Shown here piece after piece: positions 11,075 through 20,842 of a DNA stretch of 62,274 bases. The DNA is from an uncultured Bacteroidaceae bacterium (GTDB lineage Bacteria; Bacteroidota; Bacteroidia; Bacteroidales; GCA-2748055): the NCBI GenBank assembly GCA_964572225.1, contig CAZNFR010000010.1, forward strand, positions 1 through 62,274. The letters run 5' to 3'. Made by a program: the position numbers and the translations under genes. How positions within the stretch are numbered: the stretch's first letter is position 1; each line of letters starts with the position of its first letter. The notes below the pieces were generated by a model. It did not search any database, was not told the DNA's origin, and saw only the letters and a list, made by a program, of their open reading frames with translations.

Positions 11075-11858
11075 TTGCTTGTTTTGAGGATTCAGCAAAT
11101 TCCCTGTTCGGATCCAAATGAAGGAAACGGGTAAGGTATCTGGTTCCAACATAAAACGGGATGGTGTCGACCAGTGCTGATATCATCTTAAAGAAGTAAT
11201 TGGAAAGGATCAGGATCATCAACGCATGGGTTGCGGTCTCGCCGGGTCTGATCATAATCGCATCCCGGGCATAAATAAAGGTTATAGTTACCACAGCGAA
11301 GGAATCAACAAGCTGACTGGTAAGCGTAGATCCGTTATTCCTGAGCCATAACATTTTTCCTTTGGTTATCCTTCGCAAAAAATGAAATACATGAACATCA
11401 ACAAACTGGGCAGTAAGATAGGCGATCATGGAAGCCGCTGTTGCTCCAAAGGTCCATTTTCGGATCTGGAAAAATGTATGGTTGGGATCCTCAAGGAAAG
11501 GCAATCCGTCTGGGCTTAACTCCGGCTGCGGCGGAAGGATCCCTCCGATCCAAAGGATGAATAAAACCCAGACATTCAGAATAAAACCTGTCCACACCAC
11601 CATGCTCGCCCTTTTTTTGCCATATAGCTCCGAAATAAAATCAGTACACAAAAAAGTTATGGGGTAGGGCAGCACTCCAATAAAAACCACAAACGGGATT
11701 TCCAGGTCACCAAGTTGAAAGGAAAGATCAATTTGCCGGGAAATACCAAGTATATTCAAAATGGCAAGTGTACCTAAAAACATGCCCGCTAAAAGTATGA
11801 AAACCCATTCCCTTCTTCTTGCGATATTTTTGGGAACCTTATCTCCAAAATCAAACAT
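11064..11858 (-). CDS. Queuosine precursor transporter (YhhQ/VUT family)
   Basis: YPITFLCTDFISELYG, ASMIAYLTAQFVDV, WLRNNGSTLTSQLVDS, DTIPFY. Confidence 0.88.
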   Translation of the reverse strand: MFDFGDKVPKNIARRREWVFILLAGMFLGTLAILNILGISRQIDLSFQLGDLEIPFVVFIGVLPYPITFLCTDFISELYGKKRASMVVWTGFILNVWVLFILWIGGILPPQPELSPDGLPFLEDPNHTFFQIRKWTFGATAASMIAYLTAQFVDVHVFHFLRRITKGKMLWLRNNGSTLTSQLVDSFAVVTITFIYARDAIMIRPGETATHALMILILSNYFFKMISALVDTIPFYVGTRYLTRFLHLDPNREFAESSKQAIIR

Positions 11859-12204
11859 AAAACCTTGTTTAAATTTATTTCATCATTTAACATCAGGAAT
11901 TCCAAGATGTTTAAAGGCCTTTCATTTCGACTTTCATCCTTTTTACCCCTTTCCACAATTATTTTGGTTTGGAAATTGAAAAAGTTCATCAATGGAAAGA
12001 TGACATTCGTAAAAAGGATTGAATATATATTTAAAACATTGAATATCAATTGAATACATATTCTTATTTTGACGTGTGCGTTCTAAGGACTTGTAAACGT
12101 ATCAATTTATTCGATAAATACATATATAACGGGCAGTTGCTGAGATTGTAAGTCTGTTTTTTTATCTATTTTGGCAGCTCGAATCAATTTGGATTTTATT
12201 TATA

Positions 12205-15200
12205 ATGTTACAAAAAATTTCAAACATATTTCTTATCGAGAGGAACCACTTGAAGCCCGTCATCGTCCTTGCGATCCAGGCTGCTTTAATTGGCTTGGCA
12301 GGGGCTGTTTATGATATTAGCGCATATTCTTATATAATATCAAAATACAGTACAGGGTATTTGCCTCAACTATTTCTTATCTCCGGGGCTTTTGGGTTAT
12401 TAATAGGCTTCGTTTACGTATTTCTTCAATCCAAAATGAATTTTCGTTTTTTCGGATTGTTGAATTTGATTTTCATTTTTATCATACTGGCATTAATTCC
12501 GGTGCTATTCGCTTATATCGAGAGCATATTTCTGGATTTTGCTTTTTTTGCTCTGATGGGCCCTTTGTCCGTTATTGGCATTATTGGATTCAGGAATACC
12601 AGTATCCGCGTATTTCGTTTTAACCAGAACAACCAGCTAAAAAAAATATTTGATACCTCGTTAATGGTGGGTATTGCTGCAGGTTCCATCCTGGTTCCAC
12701 TTTTTATTTGGACGGGAGCTCAGCTCATCGATGCATTGTACCTGAGTGCTGGGGCCATATTACTGGGGTTCTTTATTCAATTGTATGTGAATCGAAGATA
12801 TAAGAAGAATTTCAATTTAAAACCGGTTGATGAAAAGACCGAAAAACCAGGGGATTACCTAAGGATATTCTGGAAAAGGAACAACCTGTTTATTGCCGGA
12901 TTTGTGGCCTTTTCCATTTTCACCCTCTTCCTGTTGCAATACATCTTTCTCTTTGAAACATCTGTTGTAATCCCGGGGGAAAGGTCCTTCTCTGCATTTC
13001 TGGGTATTTTTACCGCGGCTTCCATGATCGTTGCACTTTTGATCAGATTCTATTTATCCCCGGTTTTATTCCGGAAATACGGACTTAAGGCTGGATTATT
13101 CTCAACCCCTCTGATTATCACAATATTATCAATAGCAGCAGTGTTATCAGGAATATCCACAGGAATTCAGCCCTACCTTTCCACTTTCCCTTACTTTTTG
13201 CTGATTATCCTGGGTAGTCGTTTTTTTGTAAAAGTATCCCGGGATTCCCTGGAACTTCCTTCCATGAAGATCCTGTTTCAGTCAATCGATACCCGGCAAA
13301 GGATCAATATACAATCCAAGATCGATAGTCTTATCAATGAATTGTCGGTTTTCCTTACCGGCGCCCTCCTGGTATTTCTGGTTGATTATGCCGGACTGGG
13401 GATTTTCCAGCTGACTCTCATTTTGGTGGCTGCTTCATTCCTGTGGATGATAATGGCCTTCACTCTTAACCGGTCCTACCGAAAATCTCTCAGACTGTCC
13501 ATCTCAAGAATGAAAGGCAGAAAGGGAAAAGTGAGTTCTGCCAGCGGAATTATCGACATGGATCTGAACAACGATGGGAATCCCCCTAACCTGAAACAGA
13601 TCCTGGAATACGCTCCCCAAAGCTGGGATGGTTTCATTACCAGAAACCTTAAAGATCTGCTCGAACAAGGGGAAAGACCTGTTCAGGACCTAACCCTTCA
13701 ATGGATTGACCGGCTCAATATGGCAGAGACTCAAAATATACTTATCTCCTTTGAGAAAAATGCCGATAATACTGATCGTAAGCAATTCAGACAGCTAATT
13801 GATCGGTTCAACCTGAAAAAGTCCGAAATTACCCCCGAACTGGTCGAAAATTTATCCGCTTCTGCTGATCCTATCGACCGGCTCAAGGCAATAACCGCTA
13901 TAATCAAGAATCCATGGACCGTTACCAGTGCCCCGATTAGCCGGTTATTGAAAGACCCTGATTACAGAGTCAGGATATCCGCCATAAGGATAACCGGAAA
14001 ACTGAAATTGGCTGAATATGCGGGACAACTGATTGAATATCTCGATAACGAGGATTTCTATCCTTTCGCAAGCAATTCCCTCAGGGATTTTTCAGATCTT
14101 GTTCTGGATAAACTGGATTGTGCATATAATAGTCCTGACTCCTCCATACGTCTTAAGCTAAGGATTATCAGAATATTCGGATATTCAAACAGCTATAAAG
14201 CTTTTGAATACCTGCTGAATTACCTTCAGGAAAACCATCTGGTTTTAAAAAGAGAATGCATATTGGCCCTGAAAAGGTTGAAATTTGAACCTGAAGAGGA
14301 AATCCGGGATGAAATGATCCGTCAGCTTAAACTAGTTACCTCAGTTGTAGCCTGGAACCAGGTTATGCGTTATAATTGCAGAAAAAACGGACTTTCGGGA
14401 ACATTATACGGCTCTATGAGTGAAGAGGTGAGAGACAGCTATTCCCTTCTCTTCGAGATCCTATCCTTGTTATATGATGAGGGAATTATTATGGAACTAA
14501 AAGAAAACCTTCTGTCATCCCGTTCAGACCAAATCGGTTTTTCAAGGGAGATTGCAAGTTTCCTGTTAGAACCGAAAATCACAGAATTTCTTTTACCCCT
14601 TATGGAAGAAGGTTCGGTCAATACCTTACTGGCAAGAATTTCAAGGCAATTCCCCGTAAAAAAATTCAATGCTGAAGAAACCCTAAGGGAAATCATAAAC
14701 CGGGACCTCAATTACATCCACCCGGTTACCAAGATCCATGCCATCCGGAATCTGAATATTCTTGAAAAGCATGGAAATGTTGATTATCTTGTGGCTCAGG
14801 TGTTTAATCCGGTAATGTCCATGGCTGAAGAGTCAGCCGGACAACTCAAAGAATTGGATCCCGATAGGCTGAATGAAGTCACCAACCGCCTGGATCCTGA
14901 TAAACGCCAACAATTGGACAAATATTTTAAAACAATAAAATCAGGAAACCCCGAAGGACAGTTTAATAAGTTTGTTTATCTTAGGGATTCTCAATTACTG
15001 AAGGGACTTACTAACCTGTCCTTGTTCAAACTATCTGAAGAGTTTCGTTCTTTTTACCTGAATGAAGGTGATACACTTGATCTGACAAAATATTTCAGCC
15101 AAAATATACTTTTGTATATTGTTGAAGGTAAGTGTGATATTAAGGATATCGAGATCGGACATGCCGGAAATGGTACCGATGCTCTCATTAAAGTGAAGCT

Positions 15201-15363
15201 CGAAGCCGAACCGGATAAGTCGAAATTGAAAATCCTGGCTAAAACCCGGGCGATACTGCTAACTATCGAAGAAAAGAAAATCAGGGAACTGATATTTGAC
15301 GATGAGCATAACTTCTTATCCGTGTTGGGAATAATCACAGAATTCAGGCAGGAAGTTTTATAA
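12205..15363 (+). CDS. NTT/TLC-like MFS transporter fused to HEAT repeats and a degenerate cNMP-binding-like domain
   Basis: About 12 hydrophobic helices in aa 1-425 with an R-x-S...P...LF..I....R......ID motif; HEAT units (LLKDPDYRVRISAIR); C-terminal LRDSQLLKGL...EGD...YIVEG CNBD-like pattern. Confidence 0.7.
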   Translation: MLQKISNIFLIERNHLKPVIVLAIQAALIGLAGAVYDISAYSYIISKYSTGYLPQLFLISGAFGLLIGFVYVFLQSKMNFRFFGLLNLIFIFIILALIPVLFAYIESIFLDFAFFALMGPLSVIGIIGFRNTSIRVFRFNQNNQLKKIFDTSLMVGIAAGSILVPLFIWTGAQLIDALYLSAGAILLGFFIQLYVNRRYKKNFNLKPVDEKTEKPGDYLRIFWKRNNLFIAGFVAFSIFTLFLLQYIFLFETSVVIPGERSFSAFLGIFTAASMIVALLIRFYLSPVLFRKYGLKAGLFSTPLIITILSIAAVLSGISTGIQPYLSTFPYFLLIILGSRFFVKVSRDSLELPSMKILFQSIDTRQRINIQSKIDSLINELSVFLTGALLVFLVDYAGLGIFQLTLILVAASFLWMIMAFTLNRSYRKSLRLSISRMKGRKGKVSSASGIIDMDLNNDGNPPNLKQILEYAPQSWDGFITRNLKDLLEQGERPVQDLTLQWIDRLNMAETQNILISFEKNADNTDRKQFRQLIDRFNLKKSEITPELVENLSASADPIDRLKAITAIIKNPWTVTSAPISRLLKDPDYRVRISAIRITGKLKLAEYAGQLIEYLDNEDFYPFASNSLRDFSDLVLDKLDCAYNSPDSSIRLKLRIIRIFGYSNSYKAFEYLLNYLQENHLVLKRECILALKRLKFEPEEEIRDEMIRQLKLVTSVVAWNQVMRYNCRKNGLSGTLYGSMSEEVRDSYSLLFEILSLLYDEGIIMELKENLLSSRSDQIGFSREIASFLLEPKITEFLLPLMEEGSVNTLLARISRQFPVKKFNAEETLREIINRDLNYIHPVTKIHAIRNLNILEKHGNVDYLVAQVFNPVMSMAEESAGQLKELDPDRLNEVTNRLDPDKRQQLDKYFKTIKSGNPEGQFNKFVYLRDSQLLKGLTNLSLFKLSEEFRSFYLNEGDTLDLTKYFSQNILLYIVEGKCDIKDIEIGHAGNGTDALIKVKLEAEPDKSKLKILAKTRAILLTIEEKKIRELIFDDEHNFLSVLGIITEFRQEVL

Positions 15364-15393
15364 GCTCAGATTATTTAACTTAATTAGCAGAAA

Positions 15394-18300
15394 ATGAAAT
15401 CATCTGTCATTAAAGATACGAAAAAGGGTAGAGATATCGTACCCTTTCCCGGCTTAAGGGCTTTTACTCCCGAAGATTCTTCCTTTTTCTTCAGGGATCC
15501 GGAGTTCGTCAAAAGCACAACAAACACGCTGATTGACAAAAAGCTTCTCATGCTGACCGGTCCCTCTGGTTCAGGGAAAACCTCACTGGTAAATGCCGGG
15601 ATCATTCCCTTGCTGAACCGACAGGGGGGATGGATAATTATTTCCATGGTTCCCGGTAATGATCCGCTTCCCAATCTATATACATCGATCAGAGATGCAC
15701 TTAATCCTGCAGCCCCTGATTTTGATAAGGGCAAATCTTTTCCGGACCAGGTCATAACCCTGCTTGAAAATAATTCAGGAAAATCATCGGATAAAATCTT
15801 GCTCTTTATTGATCAATGGGAGGATCTGTTCAGATTCCAGAATTTCTCGAAAGCAGGAGAGGTGGAAAGAATCCGAAAAGAGGCAAGTGATTTCCTCTCA
15901 GCCGTACTTCTTACCGATCAGATTCCGGTCTGGTTGGCACTGACCATGAATATAGATTTTCTTAAGGAAATGAACCGGTATCCTTCCACGCTCCGGTTGT
16001 TGAATGGTCGGCATATTCTTATGCCTGCACCCGGAGATAACGAACTGGTCATGGCTATGGAAGAGCCGGTTAAACTGGCAGGTGCCTCCATAAGTTCAAA
16101 ACTGGTTGAACATCTTGTTAAAGAATTGAAAGAGGTCGAGCAAAAACTGCCCGCATTACAGTTTACTATGTGGTTAACCTGGGAAAACTGGAAAGCCAAT
16201 AATCCTGAAGGCAGGACCATTTCGCATACCGACCTTGAAGCAGCCGGTGGATTAAAAGATTCGACCGCTAAATATCTGGACAGTATTTACCTGAACCTTT
16301 CCAAAACTCAACGACCCATTTGTGAAAAAATATTCAAGTCACTTACCGAATTGGGAAGCAGTGGTGAGATCCTGAAAAGAAGGATGAAAATCTCCCTGCT
16401 ATCCCAGATAGTTCTTGCTCCGGTCGACACCATTATTGATGTGATCAACCATTTTCGATCTGAACAGATCTCATTTATCCTCCCGGGTTGGGAAACAGAT
16501 CTTTCTGCTGAAACGGTTGTGGAACTTTCGCATGAATCTATTGCAAACCTGTGGAAAAGGCTTGATTTGTGGACCCGCGAAGAGAGAGAATCGGTGGAGA
16601 TCTATCAAAAACTTGCCTACGATGCCTCCCGTTACCAGGTTGGAAAAACCAGTCTGTTAACTCCTCCCGAACTTGACCGGGCCATTTCCTGGAAAATGAA
16701 AAACAGACCCAATCTTGCATGGGCTGAGAGATATGACCCCGCTTACGAGAGAACCCTCGTATACCTGAATACAAGTGAACAGGAATTTGAACAGTCAAAA
16801 GCCGTAAAGGAACGGAAAAGGAAATTAAATCTTTTGAGGACCAGGGTTTTAGCTTCGATTTTTAGTGTAGCCATGGCTATGTTTCTATTTCTTTATTTTA
16901 AGGCAGATACCCGATCGGACGAGTTCCAGGCCGCCTTTATTCAGTCCGAGAACCTGAGAACCCTGGCTGAGCAGCAGGCAGCAGAAGCAATCGAAAAGCA
17001 AAAACTGGCTGAACAAATTGCAGATGAGGCCCTGGAGCAACAATCCAGTTCCGATAATGTCGCAAAACTTGCTGAACTCAGACGCCTGAGAGCTGAACAA
17101 AAGGCACAGGAAGAAGCTACCCGGGCAGCTCTTGCCCAACAAAATCTGGCCGCTGCCAACACAGAAAAAGTAGCTGCCATACAAAATCAGGAGGAAGCAG
17201 ACCAGCAAAGAAAGGAAGCCGAAAGAGCCAGAATGGCCGAATTTACCCGCAGGGTCCTTTCCACCTCCGAATCCATGTCCATTAAATCTCTTCAGATTAA
17301 TTCCGATCCGGAATTAAAAGCCCTCCTTGCTCTTCAGGCGTTCCGCTTTAACGAGCAATACGAAGGAAACAATTTTACCCCGGAGGTTTATACCTCTCTC
17401 TATGAGTCTGTGAAAAGCCTGCTTGGGGATGACTATAATTATTACAAGGGCCATACCAATGTGGTCCGGGCGGTCAGCTTCCTGCCCAGAACCTCCTCAT
17501 TTTTCAGTGCCGGAAGCGATGGCAGGATCCTGAAATGGAACCTCAATACCTCCACTACCGATTTTGCCGTTATGGCCTCCGGTAGAAATGTGATCGATCA
17601 ACTGGAAGTAAGTTCCGACGGCCGGTGGCTTTTAGCCGCTGAGAACAGAAATGGCTTATTGGTTATAAACCTTGAATCCAACAATCCGGTGGCCGAGCTT
17701 TTCTCCGGTAGAGAAAAAAATATAAGAAGCATAACCATCGCTTCCGATAATAATACGGTTTATACTGCAGGACTTGAAAATTATATTGAGGTTTGGAACC
17801 TTCTCGGCAGAAGTAGCAGGATTCTGACCGAAACGGAATCTCGCATAAATGCCCTCTCTGTTTCCCCCGATGGTTCGATTTTGGCCGGAGGAACACGCGA
17901 TGGTAAACTTATGATCTGGAGGGTGAGAGGGGATATGGCAAGCAATTCCGTCTTTGATAATAATGGGAATGCCATTCAAACCGTAAAGTTTTCTCCGAAT
18001 GGAAGATACCTTGCAGCCGGTGACGTAAGAGGAAACCTCATGATCTTCCGGGCTGATAATTTCGAGATCCTTCGAATTCTGCAAGGTCACGAGGCGCGTA
18101 TTACCGACGTTGAATTCAGTGAGGATAGCCGGTATCTTACCTCAACCTCTTACGACGGTAAGGTGTTTTACTGGAACACCGGAAATTTTTCACTTAAGCC
18201 CATAGAACTCAGCGATAATGAAGGATTTGTATTTGCCAGCAGTTATAGTACCGATGGCAGGTTCGTGGTTACCTGTAGTGCCGAAGAACCCAGGCTGGTG

Positions 18301-18432
18301 GTGCGACCTGCCGCTTCCTCCATCATTGCCGAAAGTATCTGCCGTCTTGTATCCCGGAATATGACACAGGAAGAATGGAATGACTTTGTAGGTGGCGATA
18401 TTGAATATCTTCGAACCTGCCAGAATAAATAA
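15394..18432 (+). CDS. nSTAND1-type P-loop NTPase with TM helix, coiled coil and 7-blade WD40 domain
   Basis: PFPGLRAF, Walker A GPSGSGKTS, Walker B LLFIDQWEDLF, LPALQF, VELSHESI; TM near 16843-16899; A/E/Q-rich coil; seven WD repeats. Confidence 0.85.
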   Translation: MKSSVIKDTKKGRDIVPFPGLRAFTPEDSSFFFRDPEFVKSTTNTLIDKKLLMLTGPSGSGKTSLVNAGIIPLLNRQGGWIIISMVPGNDPLPNLYTSIRDALNPAAPDFDKGKSFPDQVITLLENNSGKSSDKILLFIDQWEDLFRFQNFSKAGEVERIRKEASDFLSAVLLTDQIPVWLALTMNIDFLKEMNRYPSTLRLLNGRHILMPAPGDNELVMAMEEPVKLAGASISSKLVEHLVKELKEVEQKLPALQFTMWLTWENWKANNPEGRTISHTDLEAAGGLKDSTAKYLDSIYLNLSKTQRPICEKIFKSLTELGSSGEILKRRMKISLLSQIVLAPVDTIIDVINHFRSEQISFILPGWETDLSAETVVELSHESIANLWKRLDLWTREERESVEIYQKLAYDASRYQVGKTSLLTPPELDRAISWKMKNRPNLAWAERYDPAYERTLVYLNTSEQEFEQSKAVKERKRKLNLLRTRVLASIFSVAMAMFLFLYFKADTRSDEFQAAFIQSENLRTLAEQQAAEAIEKQKLAEQIADEALEQQSSSDNVAKLAELRRLRAEQKAQEEATRAALAQQNLAAANTEKVAAIQNQEEADQQRKEAERARMAEFTRRVLSTSESMSIKSLQINSDPELKALLALQAFRFNEQYEGNNFTPEVYTSLYESVKSLLGDDYNYYKGHTNVVRAVSFLPRTSSFFSAGSDGRILKWNLNTSTTDFAVMASGRNVIDQLEVSSDGRWLLAAENRNGLLVINLESNNPVAELFSGREKNIRSITIASDNNTVYTAGLENYIEVWNLLGRSSRILTETESRINALSVSPDGSILAGGTRDGKLMIWRVRGDMASNSVFDNNGNAIQTVKFSPNGRYLAAGDVRGNLMIFRADNFEILRILQGHEARITDVEFSEDSRYLTSTSYDGKVFYWNTGNFSLKPIELSDNEGFVFASSYSTDGRFVVTCSAEEPRLVVRPAASSIIAESICRLVSRNMTQEEWNDFVGGDIEYLRTCQNK

Positions 18433-18450
18433 ACCAAACCTTCAAAGACC

Positions 18451-19521
18451 ATGAGCAGATCCATAGTAATGGCCCTTTTTATCTTCACCCTGATCTTCCC
18501 ATTTCAGGATATGTACGGCCAGGAACAAACGAATTGCTCCCAGAATCTCCAGACCGCCCAGGAACAGTTTGAGATGGGACAGGTGGAGGAGGTACCCCAA
18601 CTCCTGATCGGTTGTATCCAGTCGGGCTTTACCCCTCAGGAAAGAATAAGGGCATATAAGCTGTTAATCAATGCTTATATTTTCGATGACAATATTATGG
18701 AAGCCGAGAAGTATGTTCTCGAGTTTATGAGAAGGTATCCCGAATATCAGACGGATAATACCGATGCCTTTGAATTTATTAACCTCTTTGAGCAATTTGA
18801 CAATAATCCAAGAGCCTCCGTGGGCATCTATGCAGGGACCGGATTCTCCAATATCAGGGTTTCGGAACCATTCGGAGTGCACAATTATTCTATCGACGAC
18901 GACTCTGAGTCTTCACTGGGAAATTATAGAAATGGTACACCCGGATTTCAGGCCGGGATCCTCTACAATCATTATCTTTCTACCAGTTTTGAACTCACAG
19001 CAGAACCTGGTTTTTTTCAGCAATCTTTTGTTCATGAGGTGGAGCCATTTGAATTCAGCAGGGTAACATTCACTGAAAAACAATTCGGACTGACTCTCCC
19101 CATTAGTCTGTTATACTGGTTTGATACGGAATCTAAGTTTAAACCCTATATCAGAGGCGGAGCTTCCATTTCCTACCTTATGGGTTCCAACAGCATAACC
19201 GAAAGACAGTATATCAATACAGGAAACGTCACCCTCGAAGATATTACCGGACCGGAAACAGAAACAACCGACTCCCGGAAACGGATTAACTACCATGCAT
19301 TTTTTGGGGGTGGGATCCGATACGAAATACCACAGGCATTTTTTTTCCTGGATATACGATATAATGTCGGACTCAATCAAATGGTAGAGGACCAGAACCG
19401 GGCACTTACCATAAATGATAATCCATGGCTTTTCTACTATCAGGAAGATAATTATTACCATGATGCCCTCCTAATTTCTTTTGGATATGCCAAAACCCTC
19501 TATCGACCGAGAAGAAAATAA
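18451..19521 (+). CDS. Outer-membrane beta-barrel (PorT/porin-family-like) with N-terminal TPR-like helical domain
   Basis: Signal peptide, helical N-domain with two Cys, amphipathic strands (FKPYIRGGASISYL, FFLDIRYNVGL, LLISFGY). Confidence 0.7.
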   Translation: MSRSIVMALFIFTLIFPFQDMYGQEQTNCSQNLQTAQEQFEMGQVEEVPQLLIGCIQSGFTPQERIRAYKLLINAYIFDDNIMEAEKYVLEFMRRYPEYQTDNTDAFEFINLFEQFDNNPRASVGIYAGTGFSNIRVSEPFGVHNYSIDDDSESSLGNYRNGTPGFQAGILYNHYLSTSFELTAEPGFFQQSFVHEVEPFEFSRVTFTEKQFGLTLPISLLYWFDTESKFKPYIRGGASISYLMGSNSITERQYINTGNVTLEDITGPETETTDSRKRINYHAFFGGGIRYEIPQAFFFLDIRYNVGLNQMVEDQNRALTINDNPWLFYYQEDNYYHDALLISFGYAKTLYRPRRK

Positions 19522-19534
19522 CCTGCTCAGCCTT

Positions 19535-20701
19535 ATGAAGATCAAATTCTTATCATATTTCCTCCTGATTATCCTTTTTATGGGTTGTGAAAAGGAAATT
19601 TCCGATTCACAGAAGGACTATTTTATCAAAATGTATGGGAGTTACCTTCGCGACCGGGCAGTCTGCATCCTCCCTTCAACCTCCGGGAATTTTCTCGTGT
19701 GCGGTACATCTGATACTGAAAACAATGGGAGCGATATAGTCCTGTTCACCATCGATGAATCGGGAAACAGAATCTCAGATTTTAATTATGTCGGACTCGA
19801 AGGTAATGACAGGGCTTATTCTATGAAAAGAACCGGAAACGGGTTTGTAATCTCCGCCTTCGTAACCAATGCCCAGGGAAATCTGGATGCAGCTATTTTT
19901 ACCGTAAATAATAATGGGGAAATAATCAACGACCTTTCCCTGTTCGGAGGAACAGGAAATGATTATGCCTACGATGTTGAGGAAAGACATGAAGAGGGGT
20001 ATATTTTTGTGGGCTCCACCCAGCAGGCCGGACTTGACCTGCTCTACATCGTAACCGTTGACGATAATGTCGAAGGCCCGGATGTATCCAGAAATCTTAG
20101 TGGCATTCAGGCCCGGTTGAACAGGGTGTTGAAAACCAGCGATGGAGAATATATTGCCGGCGGAACCAACATTACCGATCCTGCCAACAGCTATAGCCGG
20201 ATGATGCTAACAAGAATAAATAAGGATGGAAACTTTTACATTGTCCGGTATTTCGGAAACGAAAATGAGAACCTGATTCTTAATGATATGGTTCAGCAGA
20301 ATGATTCAGTGATTTTCCTTATGGGTACCCTTAAAGATACCCAAACAGAAGTTGGCAGAGTAATCCTGAAAAAGATCGTAGATTTTCGAGAGCGTGAATC
20401 CTATACCTTCAGTGCAGATGGCAGCCTGGATGCCAAAGCACTCTCTTTAAAAGAGGATGGCAGCCTGATCATGGTTGCCGATCAGACCATTGCCGATGAT
20501 AAGAATGTAATGCTATTCCTGCTGAACTCCGAAGGACAGGAGATTGCTGATAGAAAGCGGTACGGAGGAACAGGGGATCAGACAGCCAGTGATGTCATTT
20601 ATCAGAATGGCAGTATACTCATTCTGGGGGCGAATTCCTATCGGGGAAATAGTATGATTTCCCTGATTAAAACTGATGAGAACGGGAATACCTGGAATTA
20701 A
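19535..20701 (+). CDS. Lipoprotein with beta-propeller-type repeats
   Basis: Start at ATG 19535 gives a signal II peptide with lipobox LFMG-C; repeated (Y/F)G....D.A..(I/V) units. Confidence 0.75.
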   Translation: MKIKFLSYFLLIILFMGCEKEISDSQKDYFIKMYGSYLRDRAVCILPSTSGNFLVCGTSDTENNGSDIVLFTIDESGNRISDFNYVGLEGNDRAYSMKRTGNGFVISAFVTNAQGNLDAAIFTVNNNGEIINDLSLFGGTGNDYAYDVEERHEEGYIFVGSTQQAGLDLLYIVTVDDNVEGPDVSRNLSGIQARLNRVLKTSDGEYIAGGTNITDPANSYSRMMLTRINKDGNFYIVRYFGNENENLILNDMVQQNDSVIFLMGTLKDTQTEVGRVILKKIVDFRERESYTFSADGSLDAKALSLKEDGSLIMVADQTIADDKNVMLFLLNSEGQEIADRKRYGGTGDQTASDVIYQNGSILILGANSYRGNSMISLIKTDENGNTWN

Positions 20702-20842
20702 AAAATCAGTTCTTCCCACTATGATTTAAATGAATAAAACCAGGGTAGTTCCATATGATAATATTCATTTCATCACAAAACGTAATGAGCGTTTTAATGG
20801 AAGTTTCCACAAGACCGGTAAAAAATATAAAATAGTATAAGC

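Noticed and set aside
11761-12053. Short ORFs in the AT-rich region upstream of the five-gene locus
   Set aside because: Low-complexity F/I/K/N-rich translations on both strands with no motif; more likely promoter DNA
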